Shown here in pieces: positions 30,776-42,168 of a stretch of DNA of 64,000 nt. The position numbers and the translations under genes were made by a program. The stretch is from the NCBI GenBank assembly GCA_000092065.1, contig CP000588.1. One strand, written 5' to 3'. The stretch comes from Ostreococcus lucimarinus. Lineage: Eukaryota. Position 1 is the first letter of the stretch; the number at the start of each line of letters is the position of its first letter. The notes under the pieces were generated by a model. It was not told where the DNA came from. It made no database searches and saw nothing but the letters and a program-made list of their open reading frames with translations.

Positions 30776-33182
30776 ATGACGGCGCGCGCGGACGATGCGA
30801 TCGAAACGCTGGACCTCGCGGACGGCGCCGACCCGCTGCGCGCGGTGCTCGACGCGTGCGATCGCGAACTGCGCGCGTTCCTGACGCGAAAGTACGCGAG
30901 CGAAGCGCTCGACGCGTTTCCGAGATGCGCGCGGACGAAGAGCGCGGACGCGTGCGTGCAGTGGGCGCAGTTCGCGTCGAAGCGGAAGATGAATCCGAAG
31001 GAGGTGGCGGAGGAGGTGGCGAGGGAGTTCGGGGAGGAGGTGGCGAAGCGGCCGCGGCGAGGCGCGATCGTCGGGTGCGAGGCGGCGGGGGTGTACGTGA
31101 ACTTGAAAATGAATCGACCGATGGTGTTCGAGGCGACGATGAAGGCGGTGGCGAGACGGGGAGGAAAGTTTGGGCACACCGATGCGGCGAAGGGGAAGCG
31201 GGTGATCATCGAACACACGAGCTCGAACCCGAACGCGCCGCTGCACATCGGCAACCTGAGAAACGTCATGATCGGCGCGCACTTGTCGAGGATGATGAAG
31301 GCGTGCGGACACGACGTGAAGGAGGCGTTTTACGTCAATGATTTGGGCGCGCAAATCGGGTTGACGGCGTTGGCGTATTCGAGGATTTATGACAAGATGA
31401 CGCCATTCATGAAGATTGACCACTGGATCGGGGCGATGTACGCGGTGATGAACACGTGTCAAGAGTTGCAACAAGTGGGCGTGAAACCGGGCGAGCTCGA
31501 GGTGCGTGCGCGATCGAGATGCGCGTGATGTGCGTTCGCGTCGCGTGTACGGCTATGATTAATGTGTTTTTTAACTCTCTTTCTTACTTGAACCGTGGAG
31601 AAAAACCATATTCACCTCTGACAATATGAGCCGTCGACGCGTCGCGAGACGAGGCGAACCGTTATGCGGACGAGTCGGGCCTTGACGAGAAAAATGTTTT
31701 TGACTAACGATGAATACGTTTTCGATATCACCGCAGGACGCGTGCAAAGCCGGGCAAGAAGCGGTGGACGCGCTCTTGAAGACGTCGCTCGCGGCGGTGG
31801 CGGGCGACGAGAAGAAGGAGAAGGGCGTCGCTGAATACTTTGATATTTACCAAGATCTTCGCGGACGATTCGAAAAGATGATGGTCGTCATGCTCGAAGA
31901 CATTCGCACGATCGACGATATCAAGGTTGAGGCCGGTAAGCTTAACTTGGCGTACGAGAAGCAAGAGCCTTGGGCTATTAAGATTTTCCGCAAAATGGTG
32001 TGCGACTGTCTCACCGGCGTGCAAGAAACGCTCTCGACGTACGGCGTGCAGCACGATCGATTCGACTTCGAGTCCGAACTCGGCTGGGAGGGCTCGAATG
32101 CGAAAGTATTGGAGATCATGCAAAATAGCGACTATTACGTGCCGCAGACGCAGAGCAACGAAAAGGGCGTGCCGCAAGGCGCGTACCTCGACATGGCTGG
32201 CTTCATCACGGATATGGGTTTCAAGGTTGGTAAGGGGGGGTACCAAAAGGAGTACCCGCCTCTCTACGTCCTCCGTCCCGACGGATCGACGCTTTACACC
32301 TACCGTGACATCGTGTACTCGTTCAAGAAGGCTTCGATGAGCGATTTGATTTTGAACATTATTTGCAGCGAGCAAGATTTGGCGCAGCAAAAAGTGTCGT
32401 TGGCCATGGCGATGATGAACCCGGCAATGGAGGGTCGCCAATACCACTTATCATACGACCTCGTAAAGCTCACCACGGGGAAGATGAGTGGTCGCCGCGG
32501 TCGCTACTTGTTGGCCGATGACTTGTACGAAGACCTCAAGACGGTCATTCGTGAAAAGATGGACAAGAAGTACAAAGAGAAGGGCGAGGTCATCTCCGCG
32601 GAGATGTTCGACACGGTGACGCACGAAGTATCTACGGCAGCGATGAAATACGCGCTTTTATCAGTGAGTTGCATGACGCAAATTAACTTTGACATCGCAA
32701 AGATTACCGATTTCGAAGACGCTTCGGCGCCGTTCATCCTGTACAACTCCACCCGCCTCACCTCTGTCATTCGCAAGTTTGACGAACGTTCCGCCGCCGG
32801 TGTGTTGGAAAAGCTCTGCCCTCTCGATGAAGTAGACTTCACCAAGCTTGACGACGATCGCGAATGGGCCTTGCTCTTAGACTTTGTCCTGCCCTTCGCC
32901 AGTATGATCACCGACGCGGCGATGCCGACGTTACCCAAGCCCCCGGCTTTACCCTCGTACGGCATGCACAGGGTGTGCGATTTCCTCAACATGTTCGTTC
33001 GCGCCCTCTCGGGTTACTACGGCCCCGCGGGCGTTCGCATGATGCCCGTTCAAAGCCAACTCGACGCCGGCTGGAACGAGACACCCTCGATGCACGCTCG
33101 CATCCACGCGTGCAAGTGCTTCAAGCAGGTCATCGACAACGGTTTGCGTTTGCTCATGATCGAGCCACTCGAGCGCATGTGA
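30776..33182 (+). CDS. arginyl-tRNA synthetase (class I); two exons (30776..31501 and 31737..33182)
   Basis: The HIGH-type motif is PLHIGNLRN and the KMSKS-type motif is GKMSGRRG. The C-terminal anticodon-binding DALR region is present. The intron donor is GAG|GTGCGTGCG, a CTAAC branch lies 30 nt before the CCGCAG acceptor, and the phase is 0. The ATG at 30776 was checked against the track. Confidence 0.85.
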
Positions 33183-33365
33183 TTCCATCGCACCTACTCA
33201 TTCGTTGTCATTCAATCAATCACAATCGATCATTCGCCGCCCGCGTTCGCCGCTTCGATTTCCTCTGCTTAAACGGTAGACGCTAGGGTTGACGATGTAA
33301 TTTGACCCTCCGCATGACGTCCCGCGCGTCGTCGTCGTTCGCACCGCCTCTAAGCGACGCGCAAG

Positions 33366-34460
33366 ATGCAGATTTTCGTGAAGACTCGTGCGTGACGAAG
33401 CGAAGCGAACGAACGATGCGATCGCGAACCGCGCGTCCGCGTCGCGCGCGCGTCGTCGCGAACGACGCGGAGAGACGCGACGCGATCGACGAAAGCCCTA
33501 AAGTCGCGGTGGACGACGAAACGGCGACGAGACGGTCGATGCGACGCGCTTACGGCGTGTCGTGGACGCGAAAACGATTGTGGATAATGTTTTTTGCCGT
33601 TCTCGCGCTATCGTGGAGATGGAGAGGGTGGTGGCGCGGGCGGGGGTTTGGGAGACGTGGTCATGCGATCGGGGGCGCGGCGCGGCGCGCGAGGACGAAG
33701 ACGAGAGACTGACGGTGGATGATGATGTTCGCGAACGCAGTGACGGGTAAGACCATCACCTTGGAGGTGGAGTCCTCGGACACCATCGACAACGTGAAGG
33801 CGAAGATTCAAGACAAGGAGGGTATCCCGCCGGATCAGCAGCGTTTGATCTTTGCGGGGAAGCAGCTCGAAGACGGTCGCACGCTGGCGGATTACAACAT
33901 CCAAAAGGAGTCTACGCTCCACTTGGTGTTGCGCTTGCGTGGTGGTATCATCGAGCCGTCCCTCGTTGTGTTGGCGAAGAAGACGAACGCGGACCGGGCC
34001 GTGTGCCGCAAGTACGTATATTCGAGCGACGGGGTTTTGATTTTTTCTCGGCGCTCGCCCGCTCGAAGGGGCGGCGACCTCACTCTTGCGCGCGCGCTGT
34101 CCGTTGGATTCGTCTAGCGATGTGTGCGCGTCGAGCAAGCTGCCCGAGATTTATTTCACTCCATTCACTTTGCCGGCGACGAGACTTTAACTCGTACTCG
34201 GTCATTCGCGTGTGAGACATTTGACTTTGAGCTCGTACTGACCTTTTTGTTTCTTTCTCAAACCAGGTGCTACGCCCGCCTTCCGCCGCGTGCGACGAAC
34301 TGCCGCAAGAAGAAGTGCGGTCACACCAACCAATTGCGTCTTAAGGTACGTTGTTTTGGACTTGGGAAACTCCTCGCGCGAACGCGACGGCGCCGCCGAT
34401 GAAAGGAGACTGACAATTTTCTCGCCCGATTTTTCCGCTGCTCAGAAAAAGTTGAAGTAA
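33366..34460 (+). CDS. RPL40: ubiquitin-ribosomal protein eL40 fusion (UBA52-type); four exons (33366..33387, 33741..34011, 34267..34345, 34446..34460)
   Basis: The spliced product is 76 aa of ubiquitin ([76 protein letters not shown]) plus 52 aa of eL40 ([52 protein letters not shown]). The donors are GTGCGT, GTACGT and GTACGT. The phases are consistent, 128 codons in total. Confidence 0.85.
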
Positions 34461-34587
34461 CCGTGTTGTCGAGCGAGGCGGATAGAACGCGTACACACAC
34501 ACACATTCTAGTTAGCAAGGAGATGGGGTTGTCGTTGTAATGTGACAGGGATATCCTTCATAAAATGATGCAGTCGCTAACGGAGCT

Positions 34588-35832
34588 CTACTTGACGCGA
34601 ATAGTCGCTGCGAGCATGATGTGATCACTCGGCTCTGTCGCCGCCGGGAACGGACCCTTGACTTGGTCACGATGGGGCAAATCGAGCACATCCACAACCT
34701 CGACGTCGTCGGTAACGAAGATGTAATCGAGCGTATCGATGAAAGGGTCGTCGTCCTTGATGCGCGCGTGGTTCGTAAAGTTTGGTTCCTCACCATTGAC
34801 GCGCACGTACGCGCTCTCCATCTTCTTTTGCGGCTTCACATTGAATGGCTCTCCCGTGTATCCGGCGGGCATGATCGGATACCCCTCGTGCGACTCGTCG
34901 AGATCGCCCGTAGTGATCAACGTGTGCCCGGCGTCGCCCGGCTTCAAGTTGAAGTCGCCCATCAACACCGTCGGCAATCCCTCTGACTGATTCAGCGCGT
35001 ATTGCGCCGCGATGCCAGCGTGGATCACCATCACTCGACGATCAGCCGCCGTGCGAAACATGCAAGGCATGTGATACGTCGATACCCCGAACTGCACGTT
35101 CGTCTTTTTGCACTTGAGCGTGGCGTACAGAATCGAGTTGAACCGCCCTCTCGCCGTCTGCCATTCATCGCTCGGCGGTCTGTAATCCCTCAACTTCCGC
35201 CACAAATTCACCGGTGTTTGCACCAACAAATTATAAACCGGCGTCAGCGGTCCGAGATTCACCTCCTCCTTCTTCGCCCTCGGAAACTTTGCCGTATCGC
35301 TCAGCCTCGCGATGTCGCTCTTCACCACCTCGTACGCGTCCGTCGGCACCGCCAATCCAACCCCCATGTAATTATTAAACGGTTTCCCGTACAGCGACAC
35401 GATGAACGCGTATCCCCTCTTCGCAAAGTACGCGTGCAGCGGTCCCGCCCACGTCATGCTCACCTCTTGCAATCCCACGACGGCGCGTCGCTCGACTTCG
35501 GGTTCCAACTTTTCAATCACCCTTCGCAGTCGCGTCTCCGCCCTCAGGTCGTTCGCGTCGCAGTGCGTGAAGTACGTCGGCTCCGCGAGGTGCGAGCTCA
35601 GGACGTTATACGTCACCACGCGCGCGTCGCGCGCGCCGTCCTCGCTCGCTCGCGTCGTCGTCGTCGTCATCCTTCCCTTTGTCGCCGTCGCGCGTCCGCG
35701 CGCCGCGCCCTCGACGCGCGCGCGCGCGCGCGACGGCGCCGCGCCGACCGCGCGTGCGCTCGATCGCGCGTCGATCGCGAGCGCGCGCGATCTCGCGACG
35801 ACGCGCGCGAGGCCGACGGTCGACGCGCGCAT
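34588..35832 (-). CDS. endonuclease/exonuclease/phosphatase (EEP) family protein with an organellar presequence; deadenylase/phosphodiesterase-like
   Basis: The segments VVTYNVL...VGLQEV, LMGDFNLKPGD and the C-terminal SDHIMLAATIRVK form the EEP catalytic signature. The N-terminus is Arg/Ala-rich. Confidence 0.6.
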   Translation of the reverse strand: MRASTVGLARVVARSRALAIDARSSARAVGAAPSRARARVEGAARGRATATKGRMTTTTTRASEDGARDARVVTYNVLSSHLAEPTYFTHCDANDLRAETRLRRVIEKLEPEVERRAVVGLQEVSMTWAGPLHAYFAKRGYAFIVSLYGKPFNNYMGVGLAVPTDAYEVVKSDIARLSDTAKFPRAKKEEVNLGPLTPVYNLLVQTPVNLWRKLRDYRPPSDEWQTARGRFNSILYATLKCKKTNVQFGVSTYHMPCMFRTAADRRVMVIHAGIAAQYALNQSEGLPTVLMGDFNLKPGDAGHTLITTGDLDESHEGYPIMPAGYTGEPFNVKPQKKMESAYVRVNGEEPNFTNHARIKDDDPFIDTLDYIFVTDDVEVVDVLDLPHRDQVKGPFPAATEPSDHIMLAATIRVK

Positions 35833-35879
35833 GCGCGCACTGACGACAGAGCGCGACGCGCGCGCGAACTCGCGTCGAC

Positions 35880-37874
35880 ATGGCGCGGGCGACGACGGCG
35901 CGCGCGCGCGGACGAACGCGCGCGAACGCGACGCGGCGGCGAGGCGCGCGCTGGATCGCGATCGCGGCGACGATGGCGGCGACGGCGACGCGCGGGGCGA
36001 TGATGGCGCTGGCGAGCGATTACCAAGCGAGCGACGCGGCGCTGGTGATGCCGTTCGAACGCGCGGGAGAGCGCGCGATGAAAAGAAAGGTGAGCCTCGA
36101 GGAGACGGAACACGCGCGGACGACGGCGGTGGGAGATAAGGTGCGAGGACCGGAGCGGAGCGCGCGGGCGCTGGGGGTGTTGGCGTCGCTCGCGCGGAGA
36201 CACGAGCGGGCGGCGGCGAACGCGGCGAGCGAGGAAGAGCGCGAGGCGTGCCTGGAACAATTAGAGATAGTGCGGCTCGCGATGGAGTCCGCGCGCGCGA
36301 GGGCGCCGCGAGGGATGGAGGAGAGTGGACGGGCGTTCGCGGCGTTGGGCGCGGCGGCGACGGCGGAGGAGGACGTTTGGGAAGGCTCGGGCGGATTGAT
36401 GGACTCGATTCCGCTTCACGGGGGCGTCGTTCCGGGGACTGCGGGCACGCGTCGTTTTGGGCCTTTGACGACGAAATCGTCGAACGATGACGCTGATGCG
36501 GTGAAGAGATTTTTAGCCACGCGGCGAACGGGCGCCGCGGCGCCCGCGGAGCGGCGTCCGGCGGCGAGAGAACGTCTCGCGCCAGCCGCGCCGTGGTTCA
36601 AGCGAAAGCAGCCGGACGTTTACTGGGACGTTGATTTAGAAAAGATTCAAGGCGCGCGGGAATCGATGGACGCCAAGCGATCGGACGCGGATGATTTCGA
36701 CTTTGAAATCACGGACATGCCGATCAAGGCACGCAAAACCGCGGCGCTCGGCTCCAGTGGCGAAGACGAAAGCGACGTCGAAATCGTTCGATCGACAACG
36801 ATAAGCGACGAACCATCCAACGCGACGGTCGGTATCGACGAGCTCTTTTCTCAACAGGTTGACACGTGGACGAAGCGAGCGATGAAGGGCTTCCAAGAAG
36901 CGAACAAAAAGGCGCGTCAAACGATCGCCACCATCTCTAGGCAAGCGGTGCGCGCTGAGGAGGAGTTACTGATGAAACGAATCGATGTCCGCATGTACGT
37001 TGATTTCGCCGATCCATACTCGCTCGAACTCATGCTCGGGTCGTACCAAAGGCTCGCGTCGATGCCGCTAGGACCGGTCGACTGGAACATCGTGCCCTTC
37101 GTCAACGTAGGCCAGGAAAGGAACAAGTCCGCCAACTGCTTATACAGTGGACACGCTCGGCACTTGAGTTGTACGACAAACGCTATCGCCGCATGCGCGG
37201 TTGAGAACATCGGAACTTTGAGTGGTGGCATGCGAGCGTTTACGTCATGTTACGGAATGCAGCTTCTCAAGCTTGAATCACAAGACGCGTTCAAGTACGG
37301 TCGTCACGAGGAAGCGCTTAGCAAGATCGATGAACGATGCTGTCGAGCTGTCGCTGATGCGGTTGAGCACGAAGAATCGTCCGAATCCGAATCCGACAAA
37401 GAGACGGACAAAAATACGCTGCAACGGTTGGGAATGTCGAGCGCAAACTCACAGATTTGCGCCGCTCAAAAGAAGTGCGCGTTCCACGGCGCCGGGTACG
37501 ATTTGTTGAAAAGCAACGAAGCTGAACTTGGATCAATTCATCCTCGGCATAAATGGCTTCCTTGGGTCACGATCGACGGTGAAGTCGCGTGTCGCAGGAA
37601 GTGCAACTTGCAAGCGACGGTGCGTCGACGAATTTGCAACCTGCGGACTTCGCTTCCGGAAGGATGCCCAAAATTTCCGTGGGCGGAGGCGTGGTACGAC
37701 GAGCCAGAGATTTCTTTCGGAGGTCTCATCGTTACGTGCGCGGCGGTCATGCTTGCGAGTGTATCTCTATTCGTCCTCATGCGCGAAGCCGGGATGAATC
37801 CGCTCGGTCTTTACAAGGACAACGCGAATGAGGGAGCAATCGAAGCGGAGCGAGTCGGGCTACTGCCTAAGTGA
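35880..37874 (+). CDS. hypothetical protein with a GILT-like (thiol reductase family) C-terminal domain and a C-terminal transmembrane helix
   Basis: The region MYVDFADPYSLELMLGS...VPFVNVG...CLYSGHARHLSCTTNAIAACAV...WLPWVTIDGE resembles the GILT domain. The N-terminal half is low-complexity. The start is uncertain. Confidence 0.4.
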   Translation: MARATTARARGRTRANATRRRGARWIAIAATMAATATRGAMMALASDYQASDAALVMPFERAGERAMKRKVSLEETEHARTTAVGDKVRGPERSARALGVLASLARRHERAAANAASEEEREACLEQLEIVRLAMESARARAPRGMEESGRAFAALGAAATAEEDVWEGSGGLMDSIPLHGGVVPGTAGTRRFGPLTTKSSNDDADAVKRFLATRRTGAAAPAERRPAARERLAPAAPWFKRKQPDVYWDVDLEKIQGARESMDAKRSDADDFDFEITDMPIKARKTAALGSSGEDESDVEIVRSTTISDEPSNATVGIDELFSQQVDTWTKRAMKGFQEANKKARQTIATISRQAVRAEEELLMKRIDVRMYVDFADPYSLELMLGSYQRLASMPLGPVDWNIVPFVNVGQERNKSANCLYSGHARHLSCTTNAIAACAVENIGTLSGGMRAFTSCYGMQLLKLESQDAFKYGRHEEALSKIDERCCRAVADAVEHEESSESESDKETDKNTLQRLGMSSANSQICAAQKKCAFHGAGYDLLKSNEAELGSIHPRHKWLPWVTIDGEVACRRKCNLQATVRRRICNLRTSLPEGCPKFPWAEAWYDEPEISFGGLIVTCAAVMLASVSLFVLMREAGMNPLGLYKDNANEGAIEAERVGLLPK

Positions 37875-37962
37875 GAAATCATATAGCCATCAATTTTTTA
37901 ATGTAACATGTACTTCAGCGGCAAAGGCAAACGCGCAGATTACAGTCAGCGCGACGACGACG

Positions 37963-38940
37963 TCAGAAAATCACGCCGCCCGCGGCTTCGAAGGCGTCTT
38001 TCGAATCTATCGGGATTAAGTCACCCACGGTCAAAAGCTCGAACGATGGCGCGGGCGCGGCTAGAATTGCGCTCCATTCATCCTTTGAAAAGTCCCGGCG
38101 AGAAAACGTGGTCTCCGTAAACTCGCCGTCGGCGTCCACTATATCCTCTACTGGTCCTCTAGATACCGTGATCCAGTGTCTATCTTCATTCACGGCATCA
38201 TCAACGATCGGTGGGAACGCTTGCATGTGAAAAGACCAATCGTTTCTTGACTTCCCATCCACCGACACGCTCGCCGTTGACCTCGCCGCGTCGATGTCAA
38301 ACTCGCACCGCCTCAAATCCATCCCGAGTCCCACCCCGATCGCCTTCACGTGCGCCTCCTTCAGGCTCCAGTGCTTTCTAAACAACTCCTCTCCCGCGCG
38401 TTCTCCGTCCCTCGCCGCTACACCCGCGATCGACGCCCGCTCGCGATCCGTCAGGACCGACGAAAACGTCTCCAACAACTTTCCCACGTCTCGCTCCGCG
38501 CCCCCCCCTCCCGTCACTCGTCGCACCTGTCCCGGCGCCGCCACGTCCACTCCCACCACCGCGTGCGTTTCACTCGCCAGCACGACGTAATCACCCTCGT
38601 GCGAGACGTTATAATTAAAATTCGGCGCCCCCGCGACGCTCGCGCGCGCCCCGTGAAACGGCTTCGACCCTTTGGTTCTCCGCACGTCCAGCGCCTCCAC
38701 GCGCGCGTCTCGCCACCGCGCGTCCTCCGCGCTCGCACACGCGCGTTTAATCGCCGCGCGTTGCATCAATCGCGACAGCAACGCGCGCTTACGGTCTTCA
38801 AAGCGATGAAATCGCGTCACTTCTTCGCGTTCGTGCGTCGGGAGGATCGTCAAGACGAAGGCGAACTCGTCGACGCCGGGGCGCCACGTCGTGGAGTTGA
38901 CGATCCAGCGCAGGCGCAGGTGATCGGCGGTGTCGAGCAT
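37963..38940 (-). CDS. 4'-phosphopantetheinyl transferase (Sfp/AASDHPPT type)
   Basis: Motifs FNYNVSHEGDYVVLA and WSLKEAHVKAIGVGL (the PPTase W/FxxKEAxxK signature). The start is the ATG at 38940 (MLDTADHL...). Confidence 0.65.
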   Translation of the reverse strand: MLDTADHLRLRWIVNSTTWRPGVDEFAFVLTILPTHEREEVTRFHRFEDRKRALLSRLMQRAAIKRACASAEDARWRDARVEALDVRRTKGSKPFHGARASVAGAPNFNYNVSHEGDYVVLASETHAVVGVDVAAPGQVRRVTGGGGAERDVGKLLETFSSVLTDRERASIAGVAARDGERAGEELFRKHWSLKEAHVKAIGVGLGMDLRRCEFDIDAARSTASVSVDGKSRNDWSFHMQAFPPIVDDAVNEDRHWITVSRGPVEDIVDADGEFTETTFSRRDFSKDEWSAILAAPAPSFELLTVGDLIPIDSKDAFEAAGGVIF

Positions 38941-39140
38941 GGCGCCCGAAGGCGCGGGAAGCGCGACGGGGCGCGATGTGCGGCGCGCGCGCGTCGATGT
39001 CGAGTGCGAGCGTTTTCTGGCGGTTACACATCCGTCGACGAGGCGACGCGACGAACGCGGAGGAGAGGTACGAATACATATGAATACATCGCGCGCGACG
39101 CGTTGAACCGAGTTGGATTTACGAATCGAATCTCGCCGTA

Positions 39141-40454
39141 TCAAATCTCGCCGTTCAGGATGCCCTCGCGAACGCGACGCATCTTATCGCCCATGTGATA
39201 CAGGTTGTGCTCGCTCGCCAAGGACCAAGCGAGCGGTTCGTTGGCGCGATCGAGGTGATGAAGATAGCCCAAGGTGTGCTTGGTGCAGAGCGTGCACTCG
39301 CACTCTTCGCACGCGGGTTCGGTGCTGGTTCGGAATTCGGCGCGACGGAAGTTTATGCGTCCGCGAGAGCGCGTGAATAGCGTGCCGTGTCTCGCCACTT
39401 GAGTCGGGTAGCAACTGTCGAACGTGTCGACGCCGTTCGCCACCGCGTGCTCGATGTTTTCCATGTCAGCGATCCCCAGGAGGTGATTCGGCAAGTGTTT
39501 CGGAAGGAGAGGCATCAAAAACTCGAGCAAAGCGCCGAGTTCGGCGGCGTCGCGGCCGAGAGAACCGCCAATCGCGAGCCCGTCGAACGGCAGGGCGCTC
39601 AGGTACTCGACCGACATCCGTCGTAGCTCGCGATCCACGCCTCCGTGCACGACGCCGTACATCGCCTGTTGACGCACGTCCTTCAAGTGCGTCTCCAAAC
39701 TCCTCGTCATCCATCGATGCGACCGATGCACGCTCTCCTCCAACGTCTCGCGATCGATGTCGTACGGCGGCAACTCGTCGAGCGGAATGATGATGTCCGC
39801 CCCGATTTGTTTCTGACTCAACACGCTCGACTCCGGCGTGAGCGTCATCTTCGTCCCGTCCCTGTACGACCGAAACGTCGCCCCCTCTTCGCTCACGTCG
39901 ATCAATAAATTCTCCCGTCGATGCTTCGTCGCCTTTCTGCTCTTCAACTCCTTCGTCTTCCCCTTCGCGTTCGCCGAGCGGTCCGGCGTCCCGAGCGAAA
40001 ACACCTGAAACCCACCGCTGTCCGTGATCACCGGCCCTCGGCGTCCCATGAACGCGTGTATCCCTCCCATCGCCTCCACCGTCGCCGCGCCCGGCTGCAG
40101 CATCAGGTGATACGTGTTCGCGAACATCAAATCGATCCCGGCGCGCCGCAGCGCGTCGCCCCGCACCGCCTTCATCGCCGCGTTCGTCCCGACCGCGACG
40201 TACCCCGGCGTCGCGATCGTCCCGCGCGGCGTGTGAATCATCCCCGCCCGCGCGTTCGAGCGCGTCGACGCGCGCAGGACCTCGAACCGGAAGCGCGGCG
40301 ACGCCGGCGACGCCGCCGGCGCCCGCTCGAGACGCGCGTCGGTCGACGCGCTCGAACGCGCCGACGCCGACGCGTCGCGCGCGCGCGCGCATCGCGACGC
40401 GCGCGCGACGCGGTCGAGGACGCCGCGCGCGCGCGCGACGCGCGCGACGCGCAT
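39141..40454 (-). CDS. queuine tRNA-ribosyltransferase (tRNA-guanine transglycosylase catalytic subunit)
   Basis: The protein is colinear with TGT: FEVL...ARAGMIHTPRGTIATPGYVAVGT, DSGGFQV, LLGIADMENIEHAVANGVDTFDSCYP, and the zinc motif CECTLCTKHTLGYLHH. The N-terminal extension is Arg/Ala-rich, so the start may be 40454 or further upstream. Confidence 0.8.
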   Translation of the reverse strand: MRVARVARARGVLDRVARASRCARARDASASARSSASTDARLERAPAASPASPRFRFEVLRASTRSNARAGMIHTPRGTIATPGYVAVGTNAAMKAVRGDALRRAGIDLMFANTYHLMLQPGAATVEAMGGIHAFMGRRGPVITDSGGFQVFSLGTPDRSANAKGKTKELKSRKATKHRRENLLIDVSEEGATFRSYRDGTKMTLTPESSVLSQKQIGADIIIPLDELPPYDIDRETLEESVHRSHRWMTRSLETHLKDVRQQAMYGVVHGGVDRELRRMSVEYLSALPFDGLAIGGSLGRDAAELGALLEFLMPLLPKHLPNHLLGIADMENIEHAVANGVDTFDSCYPTQVARHGTLFTRSRGRINFRRAEFRTSTEPACEECECTLCTKHTLGYLHHLDRANEPLAWSLASEHNLYHMGDKMRRVREGILNGEI

Positions 40455-40496
40455 CGCGTCGCGATGCGCCGCGCGCGCGACCGTCGCGCGCGCGTC

Positions 40497-40642
40497 CGAC
40501 CGACCGCACATTACACGACTGTTTACCCACACACAGACCGCCATCGCGTCCGACCGACCGCACACACCGCACTGTTTACCCACACACAGACCGCCATCGC
40601 GTCCGACCGACCGCACACACCGCACTGTTTACCCACACACCG
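40497..40642. repeat. about 2.6 tandem copies of a 56 bp unit in the divergent TGT/RAD51 intergenic region
   Basis: The unit is about CCGACCGCACA(N9)GTTTACCCACACACAGACCGCCATCGCGT(CCGA). The minus-strand ORFs 39141..40625 and 39466..40572 both begin MRCVRSVGRDGGLCVGKQ, which reflects the repeat. Confidence 0.7.
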
Positions 40643-40699
40643 ATCCGCGTCCACCCGGTGACGCGCGCCGTCGCGGCGTCACCTCGCGACGCGATCGCG

Positions 40700-40870
40700 A
40701 TGTCGGCGTGCGCCGTCGACGACCGCGCGCTCGCGCGAGACGACGACGTCGCGCGCGACGAACCGATCGCGACGACGACGCCGATCGCCGCGCTCGAGGT
40801 GCGACGACGCGCGACGACGCGCGCGAACGACGACGCGAACGACGACGCGATGCGATTCGAACGAGTCGTT

Positions 40871-40915
<45 letters not shown>

Positions 40916-42110
40916 ACGCGCGACGAGGGACGCGACGGACGACGCGCGACGGCGCGTTCGCGCGGATGACGACTGACGACGAACGAACGGCGACGCCGAA
41001 CGGACTCGGACGACGCAGGAATCTGGGATCGCGGCGTCCGACGTGAGCAAGCTGCGCGACGCGGGCGTGCACACGGTGGAGGGACTCGCGGCGGCGTCGA
41101 GGAAGCACCTGCAATCGATCAAGGGGCTGTCGGAACAGAAGGTGGAGAAGCTGAAGCAAGCGGGTGCGAGCGAGGCGCGAGGCGAGGCGACGCGAGCGAA
41201 CGCGCGAGGACGCGGGGGGGGCGCGACGCGCGAGGGCGACGCGAGAGGTGCCTCGTTTGATGGATTGAAAGCGAGCACCCGAGGAGACTGACGAGAGACG
41301 CGACGACGCGCGAGCGACGCAGCGAACGCGATCGTGCCCGCGGGATTCACGACGGCGAAGATGATCGATCAGCAGCGTCAGGATACGATATATATCACGA
41401 CGGGTTCGGCCAAGGTGGACGAATTGTTGCAGGGGGGGATCGAAAGCGGGAGCGTGACGGAGATTTACGGCGAGTTCAGGACGGGGAAGACGCAGTTGAT
41501 GCACACGCTCGCGGTGACGAGCCAGATGCCGATCGAGCACGGTGGTGGCGAGGGTAAGTGTCTGTACATCGATACCGAAGGCACGTTCCGTCCGCAGCGG
41601 TTGATTCAGATCGCCGAGAGATTCAACATGGATCCCTCGGCGGTGCTGGATAACGTGGCGTACGCCAAGGCGCACAACGTCGAACATCAGAGCGAACTTT
41701 TGCTCGCCGCCGCAGGAATGATGGCGGAGACGCGATTCTCGCTCATGATTATCGACTCCGTCACCAATCTCTACCGCACCGAATACGAAGGTCGCGGTGA
41801 ACTGAGCGCGCGTCAGATGCACCTCGGGAAATTTTTGCGCCAACTCGCCCGTCTCGCGGATGAGTTCGGCGTCGCCGTCATCGTATCGAACCAAGTCGTC
41901 GCTAACCCTGAAGGCGGACCATTCGCGGGAGCGAATGCGCTCAAACCCATCGGCGGGAACATCATGGCGCACGCGAGCACGACGCGATTAGCCCTTCGCA
42001 AGGGGCGCGGAGAGAACAGAGTGATGAAAGTCGTGTGTTCTCCCGTGCTGCCGGAATCGGAGGCGCAATTTTCCATCAGCGAGTTTGGTATCGAAGACGC
42101 CAAGGATTAA
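40700..42110 (+). CDS. RAD51: DNA repair/recombination protein RAD51; three exons (about 40700..40798, 41019..41163 and 41323..42110)
   Basis: The spliced N-terminus ...[70 protein letters not shown] is colinear with RAD51 (PISRLEQ/GINANDVKKLEEAGFHTVE/KLVPMGFTTA). The Walker A motif is [27 protein letters not shown] is present, and the GGGEGK insert indicates RAD51 rather than DMC1. The donors are GTGCGACG and GGTGCGAGC, both introns carry a GACTGAC branch, and the phases were checked. The start may be 40658. Confidence 0.8.
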
Positions 42111-42168
42111 AGCGAGCGAAGACGTTTCCATGTATTTCATAATTTTACAACTTTCGTTCCACTACGTC

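Noticed and set aside
30190-30776. Several long ORFs in both orientations across the REC-Dof start and the ArgRS upstream region (29450..30391, 29769..30506, 30239..31474) suggested overlapping genes.
   Set aside because: All are Arg-rich low-complexity frames in a GC-rich intergenic or 5' UTR region that contains the 25 bp tandem repeat. There is no domain support.
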